The notes beneath the pieces are model-generated. The model was not told the origin of the DNA. It worked only from the letters and a program-made list of their open reading frames with translations, and ran no database searches. Of a stretch of 64,000 nt of DNA, positions 41,283 to 58,957 are shown in pieces. The stretch spans positions 34,912,001 through 34,976,000 of the forward strand of contig CP068257.2 of assembly GCA_009914755.4 (NCBI GenBank), read 5' to 3'. Position 1 is the stretch's first letter; each line of letters opens with the position of its first letter. Both the position numbers and the translations under genes were made by a program. The stretch is from the human T2T-CHM13v2.0 reference genome, Homo sapiens.

Positions 41283-43169
41283 GCATCTCCTTTTTACCAA
41301 ACATTCTAATGACACTGTGTAGAAAGCTGAATGTTCTTGGAGGTTTTGTGATATTACTGGCTTAGATTAGAAACAACTGAAGTTGGAAAAATAAGCCGGT
41401 TAGAGCACAGAAATGCATAGGACATTCCTCCCAACACCCTGCTGCAGTGCATTAATAAAAGTAGTTATGTCATGTGTGGTTAACAGTATGTAAGGTTGTG
41501 CAATGAAGGTGCTTTTAAAACCTGCTCCTACCTCTCTTGTAATGCAGAGCTCATACAATGTCATGTGGAGGTTTGCTAGCTGTTATTTCTATTCTTTGTC
41601 CACATCATGGTCAGTGGTGTTCAGAGTGACTTACGAAATCCCAAGCGAACGTGCCCTTCAATGCTTAGAAACACTCTTACCTTCACATCTAAGGTTGCAA
41701 ACCCCAGGTTTCAGAGCAGTTCTTAGAGTTGGAAGGTTTCCAGTGAGATGAAGGGGGTGGTGCGTGTGAAGGAGTGAACTTCAAACCCACCCATAAACTG
41801 AAAAGATGGACGCTCTTGGAACGTAGCGCCTTTTGCAACTAAGAACATACCGTTACCTCCAAGTGCCCGGATTGATGGAGACAAGCCCTGCCAAATTCCA
41901 TTCTCTCGGCTGGAAATTCCAGGATAGTGCTGGTACCGGTAAGTGACATTTTCTTGGAAAGTCACCAGGGGTTATAAAGTACTTCCCCAACCCCTACGTT
42001 TCTAAGGTATGAAAGGTAAAGGTCAGCATATAGAAAATTTAAATTATCACTAAAAGCATGGCAGTGGATTTAACTAAGAAAAATCCAAAAAGGATAGAGT
42101 TCAACTGAGTCATTGCAAGCCCGTTTCTTAAGGACTCCCTCCCCACTCCGTGAAATAAGATCTAGCAACGGAATTGCCAACTCAAAGTCTCACTGAAACA
42201 CAACAGGCTTTATTTTATAAGTGTGTTCTTTATGATTCTGTAATCTGTAGCGTACAGGGGAACCTTTTTGCAATTTTGGTGCCGATGCTCTCTGGGCTTG
42301 TTATCCAAGGCTTTTACTGCCTGTAGTTTGGTTTGGTTTGTTTTGTTTAGGGGTCGCTATGTAATTCCAGCCCTGGCGTAACCTGAATATGTGCAGGGGG
42401 CTTGTGTGGGTTGTGTGTGTGTGTGAACTGCGCGTGCTCCCCAAACAGGAAGACCCCAAGGGTGTACCATGCAGCCTTCTGTCATGAGAGTAATGTGACC
42501 CTTTGTGCTTGGTGCTCTGGGTGACCTTCCCTCTGCGGAGTCCAGGAGTCCAGGTGTGGGGCTGTTTCTCCAGCCACCAACCTCTACCCTCCACCCAGGT
42601 CTGCATGCTGGCCCAAGATTGAAGAGGAAAACTTGGTCTTTGTAGCACCACACTTAGCCAGCTGACATGAAAGATTTACTGCCATCCCTTAACCCATTAC
42701 ATGGTAATAAATGGAAGTTGGCATCATTTCTTATCAGTCTAAGAATTTTGAACTCTGGCTAAATTCCTTTTTCTATAATCAGAGGGTGTAGAAAATCACA
42801 TTTGTTTTTTAAACGGATGCTTTGGAAGACCCTGGTCAAAATTGTGGGCTCTGGAGTCTGAAACTTTGATTTAAACCTTGACTCTACTGCTTATTAACTT
42901 TGGGACCTGACATGTGACTTAAACTAAGCTTTAGTTTCCTTGTTTGTAAAATAGGTCTATTGATGAGATGGTGCATGCAAATTGCTTAGCTCAGTTCCTG
43001 GTATATAGTAGATGCCTCCTAAATAATAGCTATTACTATTTCCAATCTTGCGCTTCCCTGCTCCCTGCCAAAACTGAAAATGTGATTTACCAAATGACAA
43101 TCGCAGGGTTATTTCAAAACAGTGTCTTCTATGTACGTATAGGAAATACACTGTAAGAATTGGAGGGGA

Positions 43170-44885
<1,716 letters not shown>

Positions 44886-45439
44886 AAATAAAAATTCCTT
44901 AGAGGAGGAAATGTGGTAGAATAATTTCCCACCACAGAGAACCATCTTTTCCATTTATCCTAAATGACAAAGCTTTGATTGAATTATTTTACATCCCTGT
45001 TACATTTCTCTAGGATCCAGGCCATGAAAGTCCTTAAAGCTATCAAACCAGTTTCCAATGCTTCCTTCCCTCCACCCCACCCTGTCCCCTGCATCTTTAG
45101 ATACTGGCAGAGATGATTTTAAGAAACAAAATTGCATTTAGCAGTAAAAATCAAACTGAAAAACAGACACACTTGTCTCTCCCTAAGAATAAAAATGGAT
45201 AGAGCCACCTCACTGCATTATCTTCTTAAAGAATTCTCCTCTATTCTCTTTTTATGGAATTGAAGTTTCTACTTTTGCAAATGAATCCTGATTACCAATG
45301 CCGGTCATGCTGTTTGCTGTCTCATCTGCCGTCATGCAGTGTGCAGGACCCCTTGGTTTACTCCTGGCTTCTCTCTTGGTTCTATCGGCTCTAACTTACC
45401 CTGAGGCTTAGGGGTGCCAAACTGTGATACTCAGCAAAT

Positions 45440-45650
45440 GATAGCTAATAACATGAATTGAGCCCTTCCTACATGCCAGGTTCTATCCTATATCATTTAC
45501 TTATATTAGCTGAATTGTATCTCCACAATTCTCCTAAGAGGTAGGACCATCATTATTCCCATTTTACAGATGAGGAAACAGAGGCACAGGAGGGTGAAGT
45601 AACTTCTATCGAGTATGTGTCAGGGTTAGGGTTTTGACTCTAGATAGCTT
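45440..45650 (-). mobile_element. MIR SINE
   Basis: GAATTGAGCCCTTCCTACATGCCAGGTTCTATCC...CATTATTCCCATTTTACAGATGAGGAAACAGAGGCACAGGAGGGTGAAGTAACTTC = reverse complement of MIR (...CCTCATCTGTAAAATGGG...GGCACATAGTAAGCGCTCAAT). Confidence 0.7.
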
Positions 45651-47111
45651 ATCTCAGAATCCATGTCTTTGTCGCAATGTCATGCAACCTCACTAATGCT
45701 TTAGCCAAAGGGAACAAAAAAAACCACAAGCAAGTGCCACTGCTGTGCACTGTGTCTGATAATGAAGACAGTCTTGGCAATAGGTACAGTGCTCGCATGA
45801 AACATGGACAATGTTTATCAGCATAAGTAGGCACTCACAAATGTAGTTCTGATTTCATAGAAGCTTATGGTGTTGAATTTTATTACATTGCAGCTGTTGA
45901 TGTCATTCCTCTGGATTTATACCTGGTTTCACTGAACTACCTAGAGGAAGAAGCCTTCTTGCTTTTGGGGCATAAATAAGAGCATCACCCGCCTTCCAGG
46001 GAGATGAGCTCATAGACCCTGTATACGACCTCTTTAGAGTTTGTTAATGGAGACTGTAACGACATTTCTGCAGTGACTCCCGAAGACCCTCGCACCATCC
46101 AGAAACGCATTGAATTTTATCTTTTCTTTGGAAATCGATCTTGCTATTAATCTACTTGAAGGCAAAGTCTGTGTAACCCAAAATTATCCCATTTCCATGT
46201 ACTCAGTAATTAAAAACCAACCAACCATCCCCTCTTAACAAAGTGAGGTAAGAATAGAAGTATGTTTTGCTGACATTCTCTCAAGCCCAGATATATAAAC
46301 CTGCCTAGATTCTAGGCAGTCAGGGTCACTTAAAACAAGCTGGTGAACTAATCATTGACACCCAATCTACTCATTACAACACATAGAAGTTTCTCTCTCT
46401 TTCCTTACTTCCATCTTTCTTTCTTTCCTTGAACTCCTTGCCCACCCTACACCTAACTCACCTGCCTGCTCTAATTATTTAACCTTCCATGGTTGGCAGA
46501 AACTCAAGCCTTGAAATAAAACTAAGCCGAGATGTAATTTACAAGTTGTGAGTGCCACTCACCGTGCTGCTGTGTCCTCAGCCAAGTCCAGTGCTATATC
46601 TGAAAGTTCTTCCGGAGCTCCTCTTGAACATCTTACTCCCTCTCTTGGCAGGTGCCTGGCTCGTGACTTCTGCCTGGCTGGGCTGCCTGCCTCTCTCAGC
46701 TTTTCCCAGCTTGCCCTCCCCACCAATCAGACCCCCTGCTTTAGCTGGGCCTCAGGGTGCTCGTCCTTCCTGGACTCCCGGCGGGTGCCCAGCCCGCGCC
46801 TGCATCAGATATCTCTCAGGCCTTCCCCAGATCCCAGGCCTGTGGCACACCTAGTTTCAGCTATCAACACTGCCCTCTCAGTACGTGCCATTCCTACTCT
46901 GTCCACTCTGAAAAGGGACCAGTGTCTCTCTCGGTCTCCACTCACAGAGTCCCTATTCTCTCAACAAAAGGCCAATCAAATACCAAGATGGTTTCACTGA
47001 CGTCTAGCCCAGCTCAAATGACCGGTTTTCTTAGGCCTCATTGTTGCTGGCGACTGCTGGTGCCTCTTGGTGTTCAAATTCAGAAGAAAGCCCGGACTGA
47101 GAGTGGCATTA

Positions 47112-47912
<801 letters not shown>

Positions 47913-48769
47913 TCATTGTTTGTTCTTCCCTGGCAAAGTCTATCTTCTGATTCAAGTTTAATCAACAATATCATATGTACTGGGGCTTCTGGTGTCTCAG
48001 CCTCTGTCCTAAGCACCAGGGCAATTCAGCATGGTGAACCAGGAAGCAAACCAGACTTGGAGATGGGCGGGCTGGGGTTATTTGTTGTTGCTGTTTTTAT
48101 TGAGCCAGGGTTTGAGTCTCAGCTCTGTTACTTACTACTTGTGTAGTCTTGGATGAGCACCACATGCTCTCTGAGTTTTTGTTTTGATTATTAAATTGCG
48201 GTTAGGAATACTGGCAGAATCAAGTAGTAGAAGAGGTGTTAAGTACCTAGCACAGCACTCTTCACTCACTGATTATAAATGCCCCCAATGCCCCCTGTTT
48301 CCTGCATCCATGCCCTTGCAATGTGACATGGCAGACCTCCCATCAGAAGGCAGGGCTAATGCTCCATCTGATCTGGGCTTGACCATATGACTTACTTTGG
48401 CCAATGAGACATTAGAAAATGTGACACAAGCAGGGATCTGAATGGTGCAGGCACTGGGGCTTGCCTTCTCCTGCAGCTAAGAATCCTTTACACACCATGG
48501 AACAAGTGAAAGCTAGCTTCCTGGGGGATGAGAGACCATGTGGAGAGAGGCTCCAACCATCCAGACTTCCACCTGAGTTCCAGACATTAAAGAGAGGCCA
48601 TCCTAGACCACCCAGCCCTAACAGAGCTGACTTAGACCCGAATTGATTACTTAGCTCACAGAATCATGAGATGCAATAGATGTTTATTATTTTAAGTCAT
48701 TCAGTTTGGAGGTCTTTGGCTTTTGTAGCAAATGCTAACTGGTATAGTAACTAAGAGCTGGTCATAATG

Positions 48770-48900
48770 GCCAACACTTATTGAGACCTTTAACGCCAGG
48801 CACTCTGCTAGGCATGTGCTGGTCTTCTAAGCTGCATCTCCTGGTGCCCATAACAGTCTTATACACTAGAGGTGCCCAGGAGAAATCACTTTAAGAATTA
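48770..48900 (-). mobile_element. L2/MIR 3'-tail fragment
   Basis: CTTATTGAGACCTTTAACGCCAGGCACTCTGCTAGGCATGTGCTGG versus TATTGAGCACCTACTATGTGCCAGGCACTGTGCTAGGCACTGGGG. Confidence 0.45.
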
Positions 48901-50379
48901 AAAATTTTTATTTTTATTGTACCTGAATCCAGGAAGTATAAAAGGATACTAAAATACAATCAAGTAACTGCAAAAAATAGGTGTACAGGAAATAAATGCA
49001 AGTGTGGGAGACATCAAATGAAACTAAGCATGGGGCAAAAAACAAAAGCAAACAAATATGTATATGGTGGCTGCAGGCAGGTATATTACCTTGCTAGGAC
49101 TATCATAACAAAGTACCACCAACTGGGTGGCTTCAACAATAGACATTTGTTGTTTTAGCGTTCTGGAGGCTGGAAGTCCAAGACCAAAGTATAAGCAGAA
49201 TTGGTTCTTCCGAGGCCTCTCTCCCTGGCTTGTAGACAGCTGTCTTCTTCCTGTCTTCATATGGTCATCTCTATGTGTGTGTCTTTGCCCTAATCTCCTC
49301 TTCTTATAAGGACACCTGTCATATAGGATTAAGACTCTAATGACCCCATTTAACTTAATTCCCTATTTAAAGTGCCCGTCTCCAAATACAGTCACATTCT
49401 GTGACACTGGGGGTTAGGGCTTCAACAGATGGATTTTACAGAGGAGATGCAATTCAGTCCCAAATTGTGGGAAATCTATTTGCTCTACGCTTTCCACAGC
49501 CAACACCCAAAGGGAAACCTAGACAGATACACAAGTTCATCTCCATAAACTCATGAAAAACAGAACTACCTAATAGCTAGCACTCAGCCCAGACAGGTTT
49601 CCACAAGCATTCTCATTTAAAAAAAAAAAATTTTGTGAGGCAGTGATATCTTCAATGTTTCTCTTATAGCAGAAACAATGGTAAGTTTCAAAAGATGTCT
49701 CTGACATCCCGTCTCAAGCATTGACCAATGATACAAGGTGGAGGAGAATGAAGTATTGATGCAATTTCTCTCCAGCCTTATTAAATGATGGAGTAGCCAC
49801 CAGACAGGGTGGCTATCAATCTCTCCACCAATCTTTCCCCTAGAATGGCTCTGTTTCTTTGGACATTAAAGGGGTTTTTATTATGGAGAGTTTCCCATTA
49901 AAACGCAGCACCACAGTTGAGTGCCTGTGAAGGAGAGAATTACATGAGCACGGCCTGTAGAAGACCCCATGGACAAAGGGCAAGAGAGAAGCTTCCAGAT
50001 AAGTGATGGCGTGTGCCAAGGGCAAGCTTCCTGTATTACATTTTAGGGGAGACACAGCTTAGCTCCACAGCATCTTTCCCCTCTTGTGTTGGACATTTTT
50101 TTGGTGGTTTGCTCCCACGGCCTATCCTAAGGGAAGATAATTTTGAGAGGTCATCTGCAGATAACCACATCATGCTTCTACAAGTGACTCACCTCTTTCT
50201 GGTCTTAGCTGATCATCAACTGACCCAGGAGCTGTCCACCTATGGGTTGGCCAATGACAGTGACCTATGGCCTGGCATAAGATGCATTTGGCCAATCAAA
50301 TTCCTGCTCTCTCAGAGGAAGTGCAGAGATGGGCAGTTGGTGAGAGCTGCTGGTGTGGGGCAGGAGAAGCCATAAGGCG

Positions 50380-50680
50380 CTAAAAATAACAGCACACCTC
50401 ACATCTATCTGGATGGCTGTTATCAAAAGAACAGAAAGTAATGCTGGTGAGAATGTGGGGAAACTTGAGCCCTTGTGCATTGCTGGTGGAAATGTAAAAC
50501 GATGCAGCTACTATAGAAAATGGTTGAGGGTCTTCAAAAAATTAAACGCAGAGTTACCATATAATCCAGCAATTCCACTTCTAGGTGTATACCCCCTCAC
50601 TGTTGAAAGCCAGGACTCAAAAAGACATGTGTACACACATGTTCATAGCATCGGTATTCACACACTCTATTGGTTCTGTT
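50380..50680 (+). mobile_element. L1 ORF2 C-terminal remnant (about 300 bp)
   Basis: CACATCTATCTGGATGGCTGTTATCAAAAGAACAGAAAGTAATGCTGGTGAGAATGTGGGGAAACTTGAGCCCTTGTGCATTGCTGGTGGAAATGTAAAACGATGCAGCTACTATAGAAAATGGTTGAGGGTCTTCAAAAAATTAAACGCAGAGTTACCATATAATCCAGCAATTCCACTTCTAGGTGTATACCC; the translated ORF 50353..50697 (…LTSIWMAVIKRTESNAGENVGKLEPLCIAGGNVKRCSYYRKWLRVFKKLNAELPYNPAIPLLGVYP) parallels L1 ORF2p ([59 protein letters not shown]). Confidence 0.85.
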
Positions 50681-51585
50681 TCTCCAGTGAATCCTGACTA
50701 ATGCATCTTCCAAAAGAATCTACAGAACAGCTGGGGAGCATGAGTCTAAGGTCTGTAGGCTCCAGATGAAAGATCCTGTCGCTGATGCTGGGCCAGCCTA
50801 CAAGCACCCCCCAGACAGGCTGTCACAGAACAGTAGGGCTGACGGACCACGTTCAGTTGCTTGAATCCCATCATTTAGTACATCAGTTCCAAACACACAG
50901 CAAGAAACAAAGGGAGAGATCTGCAGTTGGTTGACACTGCAGGATCTGGTGCCTTCAGGGTGGAAGGACCACAGCCCTGGGTCCTGGGCTATGCAATGTT
51001 CACAATCCGTCTCTGTCTGCCCATCAGTCTCCCCTGCTAACGGTGTGGTTACCAGGACCAGTCAAATAGTCAAACAAGGAGGCTTAGCAGATGGAAGCTG
51101 CCCAGAAACTGCACATCCTTGTCCTACCAAAGAAACACAAGAGCACGATCACCTGGCCAGTATCTGGGGCTCGCCAGCTGACCTGCGGAGTGGCTGTGGG
51201 CTTTGTTTGCATTTCTTGAGCAGAGCACATATGGTCCCATCTATCTTTGTCATTCATTTCTCTTATTTTCTCCAGCAGAATTGAATGGTCTTAAAAGAGT
51301 GAACATGTATTGCAGATGCCGTGAGAGCTATGATGGTGAAACTGCTGATCTTCCTAGTACTTTAAAAAAGACTTTCTACAAAGATCCTTTCTATTTTGTG
51401 TGTTTGTTGTTGCAAATAAGTGCTTGATTAGAGGCCAAGCGAAAGCTGGTGGTTTTTATCTCATGAAGGTTAGGATCTGTTTTGTTTTCCATGGATGCTA
51501 GAAGTTGTGAATGGAAAAATGAACATCATCTTTGAGTAAAGACATTTTAGAAGGAGACACATTTTGATTGTAAAAATGGAATGTG

Positions 51586-51877
51586 ACTGGGTGCGGTGTG
51601 TCACACCTATAATCTCAGCACTTTGGTGGGTGGATTGCTTGAGCCAAGGAATTGGAGATCAGCCTGGGCAACATGGCAAGACCCTGTCTCTACAAAAAAT
51701 ACAAAAATTAGCCGGGCATGGTGGCTCATGTCTGTACTCCCACCTACTTAGAGGCTGAAGTGGGAGGATCACTTGAGCCTGGGAGGTCGAGGCTGCAATG
51801 AGTATGATAACACCACTACACTCTTCAGCCTAGGTGATAGAGTGAGAACCTGACTCAAAAGACAATAGGAAGAAAAA
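51586..51877 (+). mobile_element. Old Alu (AluJ-like), TSD aaaatggaatgt
   Basis: GACTGGGTGCGGTGTGTCACACCTATAATCTCAGCACTTTGGTGGGTGGATTGCTTGAGCCAAGGAATTGGAGATCAGCCTGGGCAACATGGCAAGACCCTGTCTCTACAAAAAATACAAAAATTAGCCGGGCATGGTGGCTCATG...; aaaatggaatgt at 51571-51582 and 51879-51890. Confidence 0.85.
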
Positions 51878-54116
51878 GAAAATGGAATGTACCGGGCCAA
51901 GGGAAGGAGAGCAAGGAGAACCGCTTTGGGTATTTGTGGGGTCCCCCCAGGACTCACTACTGCAGGAGGATGCAGAGGAAAGGGATAGGGTGGAGAGCGA
52001 GGCATGCTATCCACTGAAAGAGAGGGACAGGCACATGTGTAAGTTGTAAATCTCAGAAAAGAGAAGTAAAGATTAGTAGTGAGAAATGGGAAAGCCGAGA
52101 GGTGTTATTTGAATGCACACATTGAATGAATGAAAAAAGTCTCACGACAGGATTAGATAGAAAAATGCAACGTTTCCTTTTTAACCAAAAGAGGCAAGAG
52201 TTCGCAGAGGAAATAGATTGTGCTTGAGAACAGCCATGGCAATTTTTCAGCAATACAATCAGGCATTTTAGGGGAAACTTAATAAATGGCTTGGATCTCA
52301 GTGGTCAGGAAAGGATGGAGAACAGATGTCAAAGGCTGACATAGATTTTCTGAGCAGAAAAAAATAAGGTAGAGAGAGAATAAGCCTGGGACTGGGGACA
52401 GAGAATTCGAATGCCCAAGGTCAAATTCAGTCTGCTAATGTCTGCCTGGCCCCTGCACAAGGACTCGTTCCATGAGGCAGCGCCTGCGCCCACATGTGTA
52501 CAGTTGATTTCCACCGATTGTTCACCCAACGTGGACCACCTTGCCTCAGACCCTATTTGACACAAGTTCTATCTCCATCAAACCAGCTGTCAGGAAATGG
52601 TCTCAAATCTCCAAGAACAGAAACTTCTCTTGACAGTGCATTCTGTTACCTTCAGTATGAAAACTGGCAATGACACAGCAAGACCTGCAACTCAGGCTTC
52701 CTGTCCCCAGCCCTCCACAATGCTAAGAGCAATGGCAGAGCACCTGTCCAAGGCCTCGAATGAGCTGTTGGCTATACAGAAGCATCTGGAAGGATGCAAG
52801 AGCACCCTAGAATGACTATCATAAAAAACCTGCCCCATTCCCACACAACCCTTTCCCAGCCCTTCTGTAATGTGTGGTTAAACTGAGTCTCATCCATTTT
52901 TCCTTCCTGCTAAAGACTAAGCTTGGGAAGAGAGTGGAGGGGAGGGGTGCTGGACTTGAGTGTGGAGACAGAGTGGCCTCCTGGGCCCCAAATAACCTTT
53001 GGGGGCCTGCCTGATGACTCTCCACAGCAACCACGTGGATTCTGGTACTTTCACTGCAAAATGAAGGATGCAGGTGATGGGCTGGGAGGGCTGCAAGTGT
53101 CCAGGAGGCTCAGAGCCTCAGTAGAGATGGAACCATAAGATATCCCACCTCTGCCATCACCCACACAATCCAGCAACATCCCCAGTGCCACCTGGATTTT
53201 GCCCATTCCTCCATCATCTCTCCTCCCAAAGAAAATCTCCCTCTTCCTTCCTCAAGGGGTCCACATGGGTGGCCAACTGCTGGACCATTCTGAAGTCTCT
53301 AGGAAATAAGCCTTTCCTGCCTCTTCCAGCTCCTGGTGTTTGTTGGGAATCCTTGCTGTTCCTTGGCTCATGGCAACATAATTCTAATCTCTGCCTTCAT
53401 CATCACACGGTATCCTCCATGTCTGTGTCTCCATGTCCTAATTTTCCTCTTGTTATAAGGATACAGTCATACTGGATTTAGGGCCCCCTCTAACCCAGTA
53501 TGACATTATCTTAACCTGACTACATCCATAAAGAAATACCCTATTTCCAAATGAAGTCACATTCTGAGGTCCCAGGTGGGCATGAATTTTGAGGTGGGGG
53601 GGATGCAATTCACACAAGCGTCATCACTTAAGGGTAATGAAGGCCAGAACTTTTGACTTTCTTGGTATAACCAACTTTAATTACAATATCCTGAGTTTTT
53701 TCCCCCCAAAGTCACTCTGAAATGACCATCTACCCTTTTCCATTCCATAAACTTAGTCTAATACAGACAGAGCTCAGCTTTCAAATAGAGGAGTTTTCCT
53801 GAGCTGCTGCAGGTAAGGGCGCTTGTTTGCAGTGTCTGTTGGCCAGGCCAGGTTGGGGGTGCCCATGGGAAGAAGGAAACCCACAGGATCCCATCCAGGG
53901 GAGGGAGCTCATTAGCATAACCCCTGGCTTGCTCTGCCCATCATGCACTTCTAGCATCCTGATTGGTAGGTTTGAAAGGAGACCTGGGTCATGGGCAGTA
54001 AGAGGTCCTGCATCTTGATTTACTCTCAGGAGTGACTGGCACTTCCAGGGCTGGGCTCCTCCAAGGATGGGCTCATCCCTGTGGGGTGGAGTAGGGGTCT
54101 GTCCAGTTCCGCCACA

Positions 54117-54189
54117 CCAACCCCACCCACCCCCCACGCCCACCCCACCCACCCCCCACGCCCACCCCACCCCACCCACCCCCCACGCC
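54117..54189. repeat. C-rich tandem repeat, about 22-bp unit x3 (CACCCCACCCACCCCCCACGCC)
   Basis: ccccacccaccccccacgcccaccccacccaccccccacgcccaccccaccccacccaccccccacgcc. Confidence 0.9.
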
Positions 54190-54303
54190 AAAATTGGACT
54201 TCTGTATTAGGGAGCTTATTTGCCCAAAGATATAAGCCACATTCTCCAACCTAGACTGTCAGTTATAAACGTAGTCTTTGGGCTGGAATAAAGGCAGTCT
54301 TTG

Positions 54304-54726
<423 letters not shown>

Positions 54727-55936
54727 TCACTTTGAACGCCAATTAACTTCTCAACAGTTCACACACAATCCATGCATGGGAGCCTTATTCCCTTAATACG
54801 CCAAAAAATATACCTGAAGCTAAAAATATACCAACCCAAGGCAAGCTTGAACTTTCCATAAAAGGCCATTAAGAGAATTGATTTCATCTCCGGGATTATT
54901 GCCCTGTGACAGCTGGTATGCATTCCAAATACAGCAACAAAAGAGAAGGCCACGCTGTAGAAAGGAGTTTAAGTGGAAACCTTCCATACACCAAAATCTC
55001 AAAGGAGAGGAAGTTGCTTGCCACCCCCTTGGTTACAGTTCATAGTCATAAAGGCTGTTTCTATAGAATAGACTTCCACGATTATCTATTTGCAAAAATG
55101 TACAAACACAGCCAGCATACTCTGTGCCTGTAGAAAGACCTGGATCAATACAAGTAACAGAAGAATGAAGAAAAGAGGAAAAAAAGATTTTATCAAGGCT
55201 GTTTACTTTAAGGGTACCTTAAAGACCTGCACAAACACACCTGCTACTTCAGTGCCAGGAAGAACAGAGCAAACATGGCTCTCCTTTAAAAGAAACTGGA
55301 GAAAGAGACTTTGCAGCCACAAAACCAGTCACACCAGGAGGCGCTAGCATCTCAGCAAGTGAAAGCATAGAAGCCTCATCTTCAGATCAAAGTTATTTAA
55401 AAGGAGCCCAGGATCACACTTCTGAATTAAGCCTACATCACATCGGGGACAGTAACATGTTGAGGAATGTTTAACCACAAACTGGATCACCAGAAGGGAA
55501 AAATCTCCTGATTCCTAGCATCTGCCCATTTCTGTGGTGTAAATACTCCCACAGTAGCTGATTTCAAGCTGCCAGCATTGGCAGAGATGTGAAACACCAC
55601 ACCATTGTATAGTATTTCCACCCTCCAGATACAATAGGTGCAAACAACTTCTAGAGCATAGGTACCAGTAAAATGTACTAACACAATCAGGAAGTAAAAA
55701 ATGCTAAAACAATTAGGAAGTTGAATGTATTAAAACAACTAGGAAGTGATGAGTTTTGAGTATTTATTACTTTTGTGGTAATATAATTTATTTAATTGTA
55801 AGCTTATGATTTTAAATTTTTAAATAGTGACTCTTTTAGCTACCAGCTCACAAAATTCCGGCAAATTTTACAATTGGCTCAAGCTGGGGCAAGTCTCCTT
55901 CAACCTACCATGGTCTGGGGAGCGTTTTCAAAGTAA

Positions 55937-56451
<515 letters not shown>

Positions 56452-56736
56452 TGAGAACCACTGCTGTGTCCCACCCTTCCATGTTACAGAAAGGGAAGCT
56501 GAAGTTCAAAAGTTTAAATGTTCTCTCTGTTGGTTAACAGATGACCGAGCTGGAGAATGACTATTAGTTGGGTTCTTTCTCTTCCCCTAGACCTTCCCCC
56601 CAACAATTATGTGCAACTTTGGATCTCTTCTGGAAATACTGCACCTTATAAGCACCTTATTTGAAATATTGCAACTATATTAGCAGTATAGGCCATATAC
56701 CAAAGCCTCATTACTTTAAAAGGAAAAAAAAAAGAG

Positions 56737-56845
56737 AGATGGGGGGGCAGTCCTACTGTGTTGCTCAGGCTGGTCTTGAACTCCTGGCCTCTGGCGATCC
56801 TCCTGCCTCAGCCTCCCGAATAACTGGGACATAGGTGCATTGCAT
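56737..56845 (-). mobile_element. Alu fragment (left-monomer portion), reverse orientation
   Basis: GAGAGATGGGGGGGCAGTCCTACTGTGTTGCTCAGGCTGGTCTTGAACTCCTGGCCTCTGGCGATCCTCCTGCCTCAGCCTCCCGAATAACTGGGACATAGGTGCATTG. Confidence 0.6.
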
Positions 56846-57139
56846 TCAGCTTACTTTTGCATTACCTTAACAATAACCAAAATAAAGTTTACCATAATAT
56901 CATTTATTTTTAAAAAGGGTTTAACAAGGAAATTCATAGGTAAGCCAAACTAGAAAGGAGACATCAACGTCCTCAAGAAACTTTAGAGACCAGCTTTCTC
57001 TCTGTTTGTATATAAACCATGTATATATTAATAACAAACCATTCTGATCTATATACTAAGAGAGGGTCAACTGAACTGGCAATGTTTAGTTAGTGGTTAT
57101 TTTAACTTATTCTTAATTAAAAATAAAGTTATTCTAGCC

Positions 57140-57250
57140 AGTTGCAGTGGCATGTTCCTGTAGTCCCAGCTACTCAGGAGGCTGAGGCAGGAGGATTGCT
57201 TAAGCCCAGGATTTTGAGTCCAGCCTGGATAACATAGTGAGAGCTTGTTT
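57140..57250 (+). mobile_element. Free left Alu monomer (FLAM/AluJ-left-arm-like)
   Basis: GCCAGTTGCAGTGGCATGTTCCTGTAGTCCCAGCTACTCAGGAGGCTGAGGCAGGAGGATTGCTTAAGCCCAGGATTTTGAGTCCAGCCTGGATAACATAGTGAGAGCTTGTTTCC. Confidence 0.6.
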
Positions 57251-58281
57251 CCATTTTTCAGAAAAGTTGTTCTAGGTAGCAAGATTATGGTGATTTACTC
57301 TTCCATATTTCTTCTAAATCTTCTTCAACAAGCTTAATGCTGTAGTCCTGTCCCATATATTTTTAATGCTTTTATAATCAGAAAAATTGACTTTTTTTTT
57401 AACCCAAGTCAATTGCATCTCTTTCCGCACCCAGACTTTTCATGAATTTGGTTTGGCTTCTCTTTTAAATTTTCCCAAGACAGCAAGGAAAAGTGATCCA
57501 GCTAAGCTTTCCTTTTAGGACTTTTTACTGACTCTCCCCAGCGATTTGAAGATAACCTCCTCCTGAGCTCTCCACCCCACTCTGAAGCTGCGAGGTCCCC
57601 ACCGAACAGAACACGGTCTCCTGAGTGTCCCACCCTGCTCTTAGCGGGAGAACTCAGCTTTCGGCTCCCATAGGCATGGAAACAGTTACCAAACACTGGT
57701 TCCTAGGCCAGTGTCTCTCCTACTGCTAGTTGAAAGAATATTCCATGACTCATTGTGGACTCATCTCCCAAAGATATTAAATCTGAGTTTCAGTGAAAGC
57801 CAGTCCAGGTAAGCCCTGTACAAATAAGAACACGCCTGAGCTAAAACCAGGCTGGTGGATTCCAGCATCTTCTCTGGGCTCTTCCTGTGTCTCAGAGCGT
57901 GAGCTTGGGCTTCTACTCCGTGCCTGGGGGACCCATGCCCCCTGCCACCCCATGGCTGGAAGAGTACCCCTGTCTGGGAGAAATCAGCTATAAACGCAGA
58001 AGACAAGAGCCCTGAGGGAGGCAACCTTTCACCAGGTCCAGGGGCTTCTCCATTGGTCCTCACGGTCGGGCTCATTATCACAGCATCTTCTGATGATGTC
58101 TTTGCCTTGCTCCCATCCCTGTGGGTGGTGAAGGGCCGGGAAGGCAAGTGTGCAGGACTGTGGGTGCTGGGCTTATCTGGAGGCATCTGCTGAGGGGAGG
58201 CCAGCACATGTTTCTTAAGAACAAGGGCACGCGTCTTATCCCCTTCTCTTCCTGGTGGGCCGGGCTCCTTGGTGCAAAGCA

Positions 58282-58568
<287 letters not shown>

Positions 58569-58570
58569 TA

Positions 58571-58957
<387 letters not shown>

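Noticed and set aside
50353-50697. 114-aa ORF with clear protein similarity
   Set aside because: The similarity is to L1 ORF2p C-terminus. It is a transposon remnant lacking upstream RT/EN domains, not a host gene.
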